Source of the DNA: Bdellovibrionales bacterium
Lineage (GTDB): Bacteria > Bdellovibrionota > Bdellovibrionia > Bdellovibrionales > UBA1609
Assembly: GCA_027317865.1 (NCBI GenBank)
Contig: DAHVQG010000007.1
Coordinates: 14,300 to 78,299, forward strand
Length of the DNA stretch: 64,000 nucleotides
Reading direction: 5' to 3'
In this document: positions 33,604 through 44,055 of the stretch, piece after piece
Numbering within the stretch: the stretch's first letter is position 1
Layout: every line of letters begins with the position of its first letter
Notes under the pieces: model-generated
Told to the model about the DNA's origin: nothing
The model's database searches: none
What the model saw: only the letters and a program-made list of their open reading frames with translations
Position numbers and translations under genes: made by a program

Positions 33604-34164
33604 CTATAATGCGATGACTTCGATGAGTTCAGGCACGGCTTCTTTGAGCCGTGCTTCAACGCCTTGTTTGAGTGTCATCATGGAGCTCGGGCAACCGGAG
33701 CAAGAGCCCTGCATATAAAGATAGAGCCGGTTGTCTTCGTAGCGCTGAAATACAATATCGCCGCCATCCATCGCGACGGCTGGGCGGATTTCGGTATCTA
33801 ATATTTGCTTGATCGTTTTAACCACAGGGGCGTCGTCAACAGTTGAACTATCAGCTACGCCCATCGCTCCCTCAGGCTTTTCGGCAAACAGTACGCCTTC
33901 GCCGCGCTCCAAATGTTCCTCAATTAAATTCGCTAACGGATCAGCGAGTATCTTCCACTCAACCCAACTTTGCTTTGTCACAGTGACAAAATCGGGGCCA
34001 ATCAAAACGGCCTGCGCCCACGGAAAGCCAAACAGCTTTTGCGCTAGCGGAGAGCGCAAAGTCTTTGCGGGATCATCAAAAAATACCGTCTCAGACGCAA
34101 TCTGGCGGCCGGCGCAAAATTTCATCGAATTCGGGTTTGGTGTGGCTTCGTAAATTACGGTCAT
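33604..34164 (-). CDS. NifU-family Fe-S cluster protein (Nfu_N plus NifU C-terminal domain)
   Basis: ATG at 34164 is preceded by GGAAAGGG. The N-domain motif is TPNPNSMKF. The C-domain reads IRPAVAMDGGDIVF......LYLYMQGSCSGCPSS..TLK.GVE. Confidence 0.85.
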   Translation of the reverse strand: MTVIYEATPNPNSMKFCAGRQIASETVFFDDPAKTLRSPLAQKLFGFPWAQAVLIGPDFVTVTKQSWVEWKILADPLANLIEEHLERGEGVLFAEKPEGAMGVADSSTVDDAPVVKTIKQILDTEIRPAVAMDGGDIVFQRYEDNRLYLYMQGSCSGCPSSMMTLKQGVEARLKEAVPELIEVIAL

Positions 34165-34246
34165 GGCCCTTTCCATTGCATGCTCTTTAAGAGCGCGATA
34201 TACAATTGACTTTGTACTTATACCATATAACGCGAGGATGCGCGAT

Positions 34247-35170
34247 ATGACACCAAGAGTTCGAGAGATTTTAAGTTGGTACGGGGCTGAAAATCCTGGA
34301 GTTTTGACAAATTTAGCACGGATTCTCAATCACGGTCGAATCGGCGGTTCAGGTAAATTAGTCATTTTACCTGTGGACCAAGGTTTCGAACACGGACCTG
34401 CGCGCAGTTTTGCGAAAAATCCTAACGGTTATGATCCCAATTACCACATTCAACTTGCGATCGAATCGGGTTGCAATGCCTACGCGGCTCCGCTTGGTTT
34501 TATCGAGGCGGTTGCGCGAGATTATGCCGGGGACATCCCGCTTATTTTAAAAATCAATAATTCCGATACGCTGATGAACCCAAAGGAAAATCCAATTTCT
34601 GCGGTTACGTCGTCGGTCGACGATGCACTTCGCCTGGGTTGTGCCGCGATTGGTTTTACAATTTATCCCGGTTCTACCGAGCGTAAACGTATGTATGAAG
34701 AAATTGCGATCTCGTCGCGCAAGGCGAAAGAGGCCGGACTGGCCGTCGTGATTTGGTCGTATCCCCGAGGTAAAGACCTTTCAAAAGACGGTGAAACGGC
34801 AATTGATGTCATCGCCTATGCGGCTCATATTGCGGCAGAACTCGGAGCCAACATAATTAAAGTAAAACCGCCCACGGCGCACATCGAACAGGCCGAGGCA
34901 AAGAAAGTTTTTGAAGCCAGCGGTATTCGCGTCGAAAACATGGCGGATCGTGCGAAACATGTAGTCGAAAGTTGTTTCAACGGACGACGCGTGGTGATCT
35001 TTAGCGGTGGCCCGGCGAAGTCGACACCTGAAATTCTTGAGGAGCAGCGTGGTCTTGCCCGTGGCGGCGGCTTTGGTGCGATTATGGGACGAAATGCATT
35101 TCAGCGTCCGAAAAAAGAAGCAGTTCAATTAATTCACGACATTATGGATATCTACACTGGCCATGAGTGA
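34247..35170 (+). CDS. fbaB: class I fructose-bisphosphate aldolase (FbaB/DhnA, DeoC/LacD family)
   Basis: The motifs ILPVDQGFEHGP, LA.E.GCNA, IPLILK.N, GFTIY.GS, VIW.YPRG, IIKVK and GRNAFQRP parallel E. coli FbaB. The start is set at ATG 34247, with GAGG 8-9 nt upstream. Confidence 0.85.
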   Translation: MTPRVREILSWYGAENPGVLTNLARILNHGRIGGSGKLVILPVDQGFEHGPARSFAKNPNGYDPNYHIQLAIESGCNAYAAPLGFIEAVARDYAGDIPLILKINNSDTLMNPKENPISAVTSSVDDALRLGCAAIGFTIYPGSTERKRMYEEIAISSRKAKEAGLAVVIWSYPRGKDLSKDGETAIDVIAYAAHIAAELGANIIKVKPPTAHIEQAEAKKVFEASGIRVENMADRAKHVVESCFNGRRVVIFSGGPAKSTPEILEEQRGLARGGGFGAIMGRNAFQRPKKEAVQLIHDIMDIYTGHE

Positions 35171-36647
35171 AACAGAAAACCCTTTGCGGGCGGAAAAACG
35201 GCGGAAATTACATGAGCTACGCGAAAAGGGAATTGACCCCTATCCGCATACATTCGAACAAAAAAACCATGCTGGTGAGTTGCGCGAAACGTTTTCGCAT
35301 TTGAATTCCGGCGATAAGCTTGAAAATGAAAAAGTTGTGCTTGCCGGCCGCCTAATGACCGTTCGGGACATGGGTAAAGCCGCCTTTTTTAATTTACAAG
35401 ACCAGACGGGCCAAATTCAAATCTACATTCGTTTGCAAGATATTTCTGAGGCCGCACGGGCGGCATTTAAACTCGCAGATATTGGTGACATTGTGGGCGT
35501 AAAGGGTTTTGTGTTTAAAACCCACAAGGGTGAGCTTTCTGTTCACGCTCAAGATTTTCAAATGCTTTGTAAAACGCTCGAACCGCTCCCAGAGAAATAT
35601 CATGGGCTCGCGGATGTCGAAACAAAGTATCGTTTGCGCCATCTTGATCTCATTATGAATGAAGAGTCGCGTCGTGTTTTTGTTGCGCGTTCTAAAATTA
35701 TCAGCGCCTTTCGCGAGTATCTCAACGCGCGTGGATTTTTAGAGGTTGAAACTCCTGTGTTGCAGCCGGTTTATGGCGGAGCCGCCGCGCACCCATTTTC
35801 CACTCATCATCGCGCGCTCGATATGACTCTGTATCTCAAAATAAGTCCCGAAATTTATTTAAAGCGCTTGATCGTTGGCGGTTACGAAAAAGTCTACGAG
35901 ATTGCGACTAATTTCAGAAACGAAGGCATCGATCGATCGCATAATCCCGAATTTCGCATGCTCGAGTATTACGAGGCCTATACCGACTACAATTATCAGA
36001 TGAAACAGTTCGAAGAGATGATTGCCTTTGTGGCGACTCAAGTGACAGGGTCAACGAAAATAACTTATCAAGGCAAAGAAATTGAATTTAAACCTCCATG
36101 GCGGCGGCTCACGGTTTACGACGGTCTTCGTGAATATGGTGGCATCGACCCCGAAAAAATCAGCGACGCCGAGTTACGGGCGAAATTAAAAACTTGGCGC
36201 GAAAGCGGGGACGACGAAACTGAGCAAAAGTCGCGTGGTGAAATGATAATGGAGGCGTTTGAGCTCGTCGCTGAGAAGCATCTTTGGCAGCCGACATTCG
36301 TAATGGATCATCCTGTTGAGATTTCGCCGCTTACAAAATATCACCGTTCGAAGCCAGGCCTTGTTGAACGTTTTGAGCCTTTTGCCGCTTGTATGGAAAT
36401 CGGCAACGCGTACACCGAATTGAATGACCCGGAAGAACAATATCGACGGTTGAAAGAACAAGAAGCCAAACGGGTGATCGACGAAGAGGCTCATCCTATG
36501 GACGAAGATTTTATGCATGCAATAGATGTCGGGATGCCGCCGACCGGTGGAGTGGGCATCGGAATCGAGCGCATCGTGATGATGTTAACCGATCAGCCGA
36601 GTATACGAGACATCATATTCTTTCCGACCATGAAGATAAATCAGTGA
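35163..36647 (+). CDS. lysS: lysine--tRNA ligase (class II)
   Basis: An OB-fold anticodon-binding domain is present (V.LAGR.M..R.MGKA.F..LQD..G.IQ.Y). The class II motifs are FLEVETP.L, NFRNEG....HNPEF.M.E.Y.AY and GGVGIGIER. Confidence 0.94.
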   Translation: MSETENPLRAEKRRKLHELREKGIDPYPHTFEQKNHAGELRETFSHLNSGDKLENEKVVLAGRLMTVRDMGKAAFFNLQDQTGQIQIYIRLQDISEAARAAFKLADIGDIVGVKGFVFKTHKGELSVHAQDFQMLCKTLEPLPEKYHGLADVETKYRLRHLDLIMNEESRRVFVARSKIISAFREYLNARGFLEVETPVLQPVYGGAAAHPFSTHHRALDMTLYLKISPEIYLKRLIVGGYEKVYEIATNFRNEGIDRSHNPEFRMLEYYEAYTDYNYQMKQFEEMIAFVATQVTGSTKITYQGKEIEFKPPWRRLTVYDGLREYGGIDPEKISDAELRAKLKTWRESGDDETEQKSRGEMIMEAFELVAEKHLWQPTFVMDHPVEISPLTKYHRSKPGLVERFEPFAACMEIGNAYTELNDPEEQYRRLKEQEAKRVIDEEAHPMDEDFMHAIDVGMPPTGGVGIGIERIVMMLTDQPSIRDIIFFPTMKINQ

Positions 36648-37498
36648 CAAGGACACTGACGTTCTATTTGGTGTTTATTGCAACGCTGCTTTGTCTCGGG
36701 TCCTGCGCGCAAAAACCCACTCGAGTTTTTACTACTCAGGATATCAATTCAATTTTTCTCGAAAAAGAATTGCAACGGCCGATTAAAATTGATGCAAAAA
36801 CTATTTTTGTTGATGCGCGGTCTAATTTTCAATTTGCCATGTTGCACGCTCCGCAATCCGTACATGTGTCCTGGACTGATTTTACGAAGAACTCGAAAAG
36901 CGGGACACTAAAAGAAGATTTGACGGGCGAGGCGCAAAGGTTGGCGTTGCTCGGATTAGCACCGGCGTCGGATGTTGTGGTGTTGAGTGGACGTGACCAT
37001 AAAAGTTGGATCGACGCGGGTTATGTGGCGTGGGCCCTTATGTATCTTGGGGTGAAGCAGGTTCAACTTGTGAATATGCACCATCTCCATATTCATTATT
37101 ACAACAACCATCCGCCGCCTCGGCCCAATGCACCAGTGTGGCAGCCAAAACTTGCTGCCCGAATGTTGGTCAATCACCGTGAAATCGAAAAGTTAAAAGC
37201 GAACATTCATACGCCGTTTGTACGCGTAATTGATTCACGAACACATGCTGAGTTTTCGTTCGAGTGGCGAGAGTTTTTTAACCGAAACGACCGTCCAAGT
37301 TTGAAAATGAAGCGAAAATTGAATGCGATGGGCATCAAAGATGGCGATCGCATAATCGCACTTTCGAGTCGCGGCTTGCGTGCTGCGGCCGTGGCCTACA
37401 GTCTGCTCGCCGTTGGATTTCGTAATGTCGGGATACTTCCGGGTGGAACCATCGAATTGTTGAACCGTGTCAGCAGTGCCAAATTTCATATGCGATAA
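36644..37498 (+). CDS. lipoprotein with two rhodanese-like domains (putative sulfurtransferase-like protein)
   Basis: The start overlaps the lysS stop. The lipobox is LLCLGSCAQ. The segments FVDARSNFQFAMLHAPQSV and VIDSRTHAEF ... ALSSRGLRAAAVAYSL resemble rhodanese modules. An active-site Cys is not obvious. Confidence 0.6.
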   Translation: MTRTLTFYLVFIATLLCLGSCAQKPTRVFTTQDINSIFLEKELQRPIKIDAKTIFVDARSNFQFAMLHAPQSVHVSWTDFTKNSKSGTLKEDLTGEAQRLALLGLAPASDVVVLSGRDHKSWIDAGYVAWALMYLGVKQVQLVNMHHLHIHYYNNHPPPRPNAPVWQPKLAARMLVNHREIEKLKANIHTPFVRVIDSRTHAEFSFEWREFFNRNDRPSLKMKRKLNAMGIKDGDRIIALSSRGLRAAAVAYSLLAVGFRNVGILPGGTIELLNRVSSAKFHMR

Positions 37499-37564
37499 AA
37501 AAATCGCCTTGCATATTCGTGTGTCCGAAGAATAAATTTTTATAAGGGCAAAAAAGGGGGGAAT

Positions 37565-38443
37565 ATGCGATTCAGCATGGCGTTTGGTCTTTTCTGCACG
37601 ATTGGCCTTGTTGGTTTCGCGGGTTTTGCACAAACCCCGTTTCACGAGCATGTAACTTGCTATAAACATATGAATCGCGGCCGGGAATGGAACGATTGCA
37701 TCACGAAAACGGAAGGCAGCACGAACCCCAATGTGCTGTTTGAATTTCACGGGCTGGGCGAGAACGTTCATTCTTGGATAACAAGTAAGCGTGATTTTCT
37801 GATCCGGCAAGCGTGGCACACGCAGCATTTGCAGGCTCCCACGGTAGTTTCGGTATCGTTCGGTTCAATTTGGCTTTTAGCGCAAAAGAATTCGTCTCCG
37901 CGGAGCGGGCTTTTTGGATATTTTCGCGACGTAGTTTATCCGTCAATTTTAAAAAGCCTCGGGCCGATTCACGGCCAAAAGATATTGTTAGGCGCTTCAA
38001 TGGGAGGGTTTAACGCGTCACAAATTTATTTGAAACTCCCGCATTATTTTAACCGCTATGTTTTGATTTGCCCGATTATAGCCAACGTTTCGCCATTTTC
38101 GCCTGCCGCAAAAATTCAACAGTACATCACACAAAATAACGCAAATCCGTTTCGCGTTTACATGATGATGGATATTGCCAAAAATTACTTCCCAACCGCG
38201 CAGAGTTACAACACGGCCTATCCGCTTTTTTTAGCTAAAAAATATTTAAACGCCAGTTATCCGCCGATTTATTTGTCGTGTAGCCATGAAGACCCGTATG
38301 GTATTTTTAATGGAGTAAAAGAGTTTGCCAAACTTGCTCAACGGCGGGGCGTTGATGTTGAGTGGCGCGGAACCCATGGCCCGCATTGCACGATCGACGA
38401 CAGCGAAGTGGCTCGTGTGTTAGCGGTTGGCCAGAACCGCTGA
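37565..38443 (+). CDS. alpha/beta hydrolase (esterase family)
   Basis: SD GGGGGG precedes the start and a signal-like N-terminus follows. The nucleophile elbow is LGASMGGFNA (GxSxG). D and H candidates lie downstream (HEDPYG, HGPH). Confidence 0.7.
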   Translation: MRFSMAFGLFCTIGLVGFAGFAQTPFHEHVTCYKHMNRGREWNDCITKTEGSTNPNVLFEFHGLGENVHSWITSKRDFLIRQAWHTQHLQAPTVVSVSFGSIWLLAQKNSSPRSGLFGYFRDVVYPSILKSLGPIHGQKILLGASMGGFNASQIYLKLPHYFNRYVLICPIIANVSPFSPAAKIQQYITQNNANPFRVYMMMDIAKNYFPTAQSYNTAYPLFLAKKYLNASYPPIYLSCSHEDPYGIFNGVKEFAKLAQRRGVDVEWRGTHGPHCTIDDSEVARVLAVGQNR

Positions 38444-38451
38444 TATCCAGA

Positions 38452-39414
38452 TTAAACCGATTTTTTAAGTTGATCTTCCATTCGAAAGAGAACTTCGTAC
38501 ATCGCGCGTAGTAGGTCGGTGTCAAAGCGCCCGGCGAGTTTAGTGCGCATGAATTCAAGAGCGGCCGACGGTTTCATTGGTTTATTGTAGGACCGTTGAG
38601 TGGTAAGTGCGTCAAACGTGTCGGATAGAGCGACAATTTTCGCCATGGGATGAATTTCTTTTGCTTGCAATTGTTGTGGATAGCCGTTCCCGGCCATGCT
38701 TTCGTGGTGCTCAAAGCAGCACGCTTTGATACCCTCCGAAACGTCGTGTTCGAGTAAAATCGCAAGGCCGTACTCAGGATGTCTTTGCATTTGCGCCCAC
38801 TCGAGGTCGTTGAGCGGCCCCATCTTGCAAATGATATCGACGCTCACTTGCCGTTTGCCGATATCATGAAATAGTGCGCCTTGCCCCATCTCAACTAAAA
38901 GCTCACGGTTGTAACCCATAACATTGGCTAAGCCGAGTGAATATATTCCGACATCGAGTGAATGCGTATAAGTGTAAAAATCGTGACTCGATAACCCCAC
39001 AAGATCGGCCATTGCGTCCGGCTCCGTAACCATCAGATCGACGAACTGTTCGACCATTTCTTTCGATTCTTTTAGCGCTTCGTCGATAGTGGGGTTTTCA
39101 AACAACTCTTCGACTAAGGTGAGCGAGCTTTCGCGCAGCATGACGGCTTTTTCAATGGGATTGAGTTGCTGTGAGTTGAGCTTTTCGTGAACATACTTTT
39201 TAAAAGCGGGGCGGTCTTCAAGGCGAACAAAAAAACTGTCAGGGGCTTTGTCTTCGAAGCGTTGGAGCTTATCTTTTGAAAGCGTGTCGCCCGCGCGCAA
39301 ATAGTGAATTTGCTTATTGTTGATAAGAACATAAAGATCAAACGGAATCGGTTCTTTGATGTACAAAGAATTGAGACGAACTTTGACGTACCGTTCGCTG
39401 TGTTGCTCCGCCAT
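38452..39414 (-). CDS. HD-GYP domain cyclic-di-GMP phosphodiesterase-like protein
   Basis: The motifs are H..DV, LFHDIGK, H.E.G and CCFEHHESMAGNGYPQQL (HHE...GxGYP). Confidence 0.88.
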   Translation of the reverse strand: MAEQHSERYVKVRLNSLYIKEPIPFDLYVLINNKQIHYLRAGDTLSKDKLQRFEDKAPDSFFVRLEDRPAFKKYVHEKLNSQQLNPIEKAVMLRESSLTLVEELFENPTIDEALKESKEMVEQFVDLMVTEPDAMADLVGLSSHDFYTYTHSLDVGIYSLGLANVMGYNRELLVEMGQGALFHDIGKRQVSVDIICKMGPLNDLEWAQMQRHPEYGLAILLEHDVSEGIKACCFEHHESMAGNGYPQQLQAKEIHPMAKIVALSDTFDALTTQRSYNKPMKPSAALEFMRTKLAGRFDTDLLRAMYEVLFRMEDQLKKSV

Positions 39415-39451
39415 CCTTTTATTGCTCCATCTTCATATACAGGATATTAAC

Positions 39452-41560
39452 TTGAGAGTGGCATTGCAACCCGACACAGATATCCAATACTTAAAAGGAG
39501 TGGGGCCGAAGCTCGGTGCGATTCTTCGCCATCGTGGAGTGGCCACTGTTGCGGATCTTTTAGAGTGGTACCCGCGAGCTTACGAAGACCGCCGGGCGAT
39601 GCGTAACATTGCTTCGCTAGAGGCCGGGCAAGTCGTAAGTCTAGAAGCCACCGTGCGGTCTGTTCGGTCGATGCCCATGGGCAAGAGCCACCGCCGCATT
39701 TATGAGATCGTCATCGCGGATTCAAGTGGCCGCATCGCATGCAAATATTTTCGCGTTCCTTACAAGGGCTATTTTGAACGGTTTACGACCCAACAAACCG
39801 TTCGAGTCGCCGGTAAAGTTATTTTGTATAGAGGGCGTCTTGAATTTCATCATCCTGATCTGCAAGTGGTCTACGAAGACGATCCAAAAGTTGCCGACCA
39901 GTTGATCCCGCTTTACACGGATACTGAAGGCTTAAGCCCGGCTAAACTCCGAAAGTTGATGCAAACTGCGTTATCTGAGCTGCTCGATCGGCCATCATCT
40001 GCGAGTTCGCAACCGGCTATGACCGAAGTCATGCCGGTCTGGATGCGCGAGAAATATCAGTTATTGACCCGGGCGCAAGCGCTTAAGCAGATTCATCAAC
40101 CGCCGACGGAAGAAGCGGCGGACTATTTGAAATTTCGCGCACCCGCGCAACGCCGGATTATTTTTGAAGAATTCTTTTGGATGGAGTTGCATATGGCACG
40201 GCGACGCTTGGGAATGCAGCGCGAGCAAGCACCTGCAATGGCGCCTGCGCCAAAAATGATCGAACAGTTAAAAAAATCGCTCCCTTTCGCGCTGACGAAC
40301 GCGCAACTTCGAGTGTTTAAAGAAATCGAACGCGATTTGAGTGAACCGCATCCGATGCATCGGCTTGTGCAGGGTGATGTGGGGTCGGGCAAAACTCTTG
40401 TCGCACTATTATCGACGTTGGTTGTAAAAGAAAGCGGTTATCAATCGGCGATGATGGTGCCAACTGAAATTCTCGCTGAGCAACATTTCAAAAGTAGCGA
40501 ACGATTTTTGTCTCCTCTGGGTGTTAGGGTCGCGTGTCTTACCGGCACTATGAAAGAGCGGGAGCACAGCGAAATTCGAGAGCGTCTTGTCGCTGGCGAA
40601 ATCGACTTATTAATTGGCACGCATGCCCTTATTGAAAACGACGTTTTGTTTAAAAAATTGGGGCTCGTAATTATCGACGAACAACATCGGTTCGGCGTAG
40701 AACAGCGGATGCGGCTCAAGAAAAATCAATCGCCGCATTTTTTGGTGATGACCGCAACACCCATTCCGCGAACTCTCGCGATGACAGTTTACGGAGATCT
40801 TGATGTCTCGATAATCGACGAAATGCCACCGGGAAGATCGCCGATTGTCACCAGAAAAGTATTTTCATCTAAACGTGATTTGGTGTTTGATTTTTTATAT
40901 CAACAAGTAAAGAAAGGCCGCCAAGCGTACGTTATTTACCCGCTGGTTGAAGAGAGTGAAAAAATCGATTTGAAAAACGCAGTGTCAGAATATGAGACTT
41001 TAAGGGCACGCTTTCCGGATCTTCGCATTGGGCTGTTGCATGGTAAAATGAAGGGTGACGAAAAAGAGGCCGTAATGGATCTTTTTCGAACGGGAGAGAT
41101 TCAAGTTCTAGTGTCGACGACAGTGATCGAAGTGGGTGTTGACGTGCCAAATGCGAACTTGATTATAATTGAGCACGCCGAACGTTTTGGTTTGTCGCAG
41201 CTTCATCAATTGCGTGGTCGCGTCGGACGTGGTGAACTCAAGAGCTATTGCGTGCTTGTTCTTGGCTATGCCATTTCTGAAGAAGCGATTCAGCGTGCCG
41301 ACGTAATCGTGGGCACAACCGACGGATTTAAAATCGCAGAGGCCGATTTGGAGATTCGAGGGCCTGGAGAATTTCTCGGACGGCGTCAATCCGGTTTGCC
41401 GGGCTTTCGAATGGCTAACCTTGTTCGAGATATTACGCTCCTGCAGGAGGCACGTGCCGCCGCTCGCGACATTCTCGAACATGATCCTGAGCTACGCGAA
41501 CCGCACCATAAATTTATTCGCGATACTATGAGCGTCCATTCGAAGGCCATCGTAGGATAA
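39452..41560 (+). CDS. recG: ATP-dependent DNA helicase RecG
   Basis: The wedge-domain N-terminus is I.YLKGVGPK....L...G..T..DLL...P..YEDR. The helicase motifs are LVQGDVGSGKT, DEQHRFGV, MTATPIPRTL and QLHQLRGRVGRG. The start is uncertain (TTG 39452 or GTG 39458). The track start at 39356 overlaps the HD-GYP gene start. Confidence 0.9.
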   Translation: MRVALQPDTDIQYLKGVGPKLGAILRHRGVATVADLLEWYPRAYEDRRAMRNIASLEAGQVVSLEATVRSVRSMPMGKSHRRIYEIVIADSSGRIACKYFRVPYKGYFERFTTQQTVRVAGKVILYRGRLEFHHPDLQVVYEDDPKVADQLIPLYTDTEGLSPAKLRKLMQTALSELLDRPSSASSQPAMTEVMPVWMREKYQLLTRAQALKQIHQPPTEEAADYLKFRAPAQRRIIFEEFFWMELHMARRRLGMQREQAPAMAPAPKMIEQLKKSLPFALTNAQLRVFKEIERDLSEPHPMHRLVQGDVGSGKTLVALLSTLVVKESGYQSAMMVPTEILAEQHFKSSERFLSPLGVRVACLTGTMKEREHSEIRERLVAGEIDLLIGTHALIENDVLFKKLGLVIIDEQHRFGVEQRMRLKKNQSPHFLVMTATPIPRTLAMTVYGDLDVSIIDEMPPGRSPIVTRKVFSSKRDLVFDFLYQQVKKGRQAYVIYPLVEESEKIDLKNAVSEYETLRARFPDLRIGLLHGKMKGDEKEAVMDLFRTGEIQVLVSTTVIEVGVDVPNANLIIIEHAERFGLSQLHQLRGRVGRGELKSYCVLVLGYAISEEAIQRADVIVGTTDGFKIAEADLEIRGPGEFLGRRQSGLPGFRMANLVRDITLLQEARAAARDILEHDPELREPHHKFIRDTMSVHSKAIVG

Positions 41561-41613
41561 ATATCGGTTAGATATAATTGACTGAGGTCATTCACTTTGC
41601 TACTGAGCTCGTC

Positions 41614-42165
41614 ATGCATTTTTTGAAATCAAGTGACCGTTCATTGGGGTTTATTTGCGCAATTGCGATGATGTGCGCATTTGGATTAACGGCTTGCAAA
41701 ACGGTTTCGGTCGACGAAAACGGGGCTGTTTCACCAGTAGTACTTACTCACCTGCAACAATTTGTGGGCATATACAGCGGAAAGCTCATACTAAAGGACT
41801 CACTGGATATGTTTGCCGACAAGGTCCTGAATTCGCGTTTTTCTGTTTTACTTTCGCTGCAAGGTAACCGGCCGGTGCTAACACCGAACGCCGATATTCT
41901 CGGGCACGGTTGTGGTTCAAAAATCGGAAAGCTTAAAATGCTCGACCTTGATGGCGGGTGGGATGTCACCGGAACTTTTAAATTCGATCCTGGTCGCTGT
42001 GTTTCAGCGACATCGGGACGTGAAGTTCTATTTTCAGTAGATCGCGACGGCGAGGCCCAATTGGTTTTGCTTCAAAGAGCGATGGTTCGCGTGCGGCCAC
42101 AACTCATCGAAAATTTCGATTTTGAGGCTGAATTACACAAATTAAAAAAAACGGGCCAAAACTAA
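41614..42165 (+). CDS. hypothetical lipoprotein
   Basis: ATG at 41614 gives MHFLKSSDRSLGFICAIAMMCAFGLTAC, which includes a lipobox. I recognise no family. Confidence 0.6.
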   Translation: MHFLKSSDRSLGFICAIAMMCAFGLTACKTVSVDENGAVSPVVLTHLQQFVGIYSGKLILKDSLDMFADKVLNSRFSVLLSLQGNRPVLTPNADILGHGCGSKIGKLKMLDLDGGWDVTGTFKFDPGRCVSATSGREVLFSVDRDGEAQLVLLQRAMVRVRPQLIENFDFEAELHKLKKTGQN

Positions 42166-42176
42166 GCCGGGCGCTT

Positions 42177-43904
42177 TTATCTTCGGGGCCTGAATACTTT
42201 TAAAGTTGAGCTGATTTTTCTAAAAATTTGGCGTGATTCATCGACATTTAAAAACCACGTTATTGCAAGATAAAGTGCGCCGAAAACAAATAACCAAAAT
42301 ACGGCCGTAAAATCATAATGAAGCCAATGCGCGTGCAAAATGCGAAATAACAAAGACGCTTTCAAATTCAATTTCGTCAATCCGATCACGACGACGGCGG
42401 CTGCGCAGGCGGCTGAACCGATTTTGAACAAAAATTGAAATGGCATTGTGAGGCGGCCGATTTTATTTGAAAGTGCAAGATGAAGTCCGCCAAATTCAAC
42501 AAAGGCTGAAAGCCCGGCCGAAGCCGTAAGCCCGACGGCGCCCATCCCCAGCTCAACGTTATGGATGTGCGGTACCGCTAAGCCGATTACATGAAAACAA
42601 AAATGAGTTATAAATGACCGAAGCGGAAACGCAAACAGATACCCTAATAACGCCGTTAAAATCACGCGTATCACGGCGTATTTTAGCGGCGTTTTTGTAT
42701 CGCGAAGGGCGTAGAAAGCCGATTGGTAAAGACGGCTCCAGGTCGAGACGAAAAGACCGATCGCCATTCCGATAAGAACATACCAAACATAAAGCGTGTC
42801 GTTGGCCGAAAAGTGGCCAGTTTGAAAAATCGCTTCGACAACGTAGCGGCCTAAAAATATAAGTACCACAACTGAAGGAGCGACAAAATAAGCCATATGC
42901 TGACGGCTGACGGTCAGTCGCCGGCGCAACGCTTCGTGACCACCTTGGTGATCATGGTCGGTGCTTGACATATCCGGCAGTTCAGCTGCCGCAACGGACA
43001 TGCCGAATAGGCTAAATGGCAAAAGGTAAATGGTTTGCGCGTAACCCAAACACGCAACGGCGCTGGCTCCAAGAAAACTGCCGATGATGCTGTCAATGTA
43101 CGCGCTCAACTGCACAACGCCGCGGCTCACCACCACCGGAATCGAATTTTTAAAAATTTCGCGTACATGCGAAATGCGGTGCTCGAGCGACCAATGCCAA
43201 CCTTTCGTGAGTTTATAAACAATTGGGACCTGCACTAAAAACTGAAGGAGCGCGCCGGCAACCGCTCCCCATGCGAGATAAACTGTGAGACTGGCAAGCG
43301 ATCGGGTCATATGGCCGCCGAAAATAAGAGCGGCAACCATGGCGCCATTCCAAACGACGGGCGCCGCGTACGAAAGAAAAAACTTGCGATGCGAATTTAA
43401 TATCCCAAGGCACCACGCCGAAAGCACAAGTAAACCCACGCCCGGGAATAAAATGCGTACCAACTCTATAGTAAGAATACGAGTGCCGCCGGTAAAACCA
43501 GGGGCGATGGCGTCGACAAATGTGGGAGTAAAAGTCACTCCAAGGAGCACAAAAATCGCCATACCCACCGCAAGAAGACTGCCGACAATCCCCGCCACTT
43601 GATCGGCTAGCTCTTGTTCGTTCTCGGCAAGTAATTTTGAATAGACAGGAATAAATGACGCCGACAAAACGCCCTCGCCAAACAAATTCTGTAGAAAATT
43701 TGGAATCCGCAAAGCCGCTCGAAACGCTCCTGCAGCGGCGGAGTTGCCAAGGTAATAGGCAAAAACGCGGCTACGAATCAAACCTGAAATGCGGCTAAGA
43801 AAAATACCGAACCCAACCCAAAATGCGTAACTTGATGATGGTTTTGATAAATTTTTCTGATGTGTTGTAGATGCTTCATTCATAAATAATCCTTGAGTCA
43901 TCAT
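42177..43904 (-). CDS. murJ: lipid II flippase MurJ (MviN) with a C-terminal extension
   Basis: The N-terminal hallmark is SR..G..R.....Y.LG.S..A.AF..A.RIPN.LQNLFGEG.LSASFIPVYS. About 14 or more TM helices are present. Confidence 0.88.
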   Translation of the reverse strand: MMTQGLFMNEASTTHQKNLSKPSSSYAFWVGFGIFLSRISGLIRSRVFAYYLGNSAAAGAFRAALRIPNFLQNLFGEGVLSASFIPVYSKLLAENEQELADQVAGIVGSLLAVGMAIFVLLGVTFTPTFVDAIAPGFTGGTRILTIELVRILFPGVGLLVLSAWCLGILNSHRKFFLSYAAPVVWNGAMVAALIFGGHMTRSLASLTVYLAWGAVAGALLQFLVQVPIVYKLTKGWHWSLEHRISHVREIFKNSIPVVVSRGVVQLSAYIDSIIGSFLGASAVACLGYAQTIYLLPFSLFGMSVAAAELPDMSSTDHDHQGGHEALRRRLTVSRQHMAYFVAPSVVVLIFLGRYVVEAIFQTGHFSANDTLYVWYVLIGMAIGLFVSTWSRLYQSAFYALRDTKTPLKYAVIRVILTALLGYLFAFPLRSFITHFCFHVIGLAVPHIHNVELGMGAVGLTASAGLSAFVEFGGLHLALSNKIGRLTMPFQFLFKIGSAACAAAVVVIGLTKLNLKASLLFRILHAHWLHYDFTAVFWLFVFGALYLAITWFLNVDESRQIFRKISSTLKVFRPRR

Positions 43905-44055
43905 ATCTTAATGCTTTTCGTCAAATCACTGCAGTGTGCCATGCGTTAAAAATTTGAAAAATTTTCGTGTTTCGAGACCTACGTCGTGCTGATATGTGCG
44001 GCATAATTTTTTGATTGCGGAGGGGCAATCAGAAACGGGGAAACGGGGGGCATCA

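Noticed and set aside
34163-34246. The track start of the aldolase ORF at 34163
   Set aside because: It overlaps the start of the divergent nfu-like gene. ATG 34247 has a GAGG SD and matches where class I aldolase homology begins.
37235-37828. A 197-aa minus-strand ORF spanning the rhodanese/esterase junction
   Set aside because: It overlaps two better-supported plus-strand genes, has no SD, and its sequence looks like nonsense.
39356-39451. The track start of recG at 39356 (MMYKELRRTLTYRSL...)
   Set aside because: That start would overlap the divergent HD-GYP gene start by 59 nt, and the extension is not RecG-like. The conserved N-terminus begins near 39452..39470.
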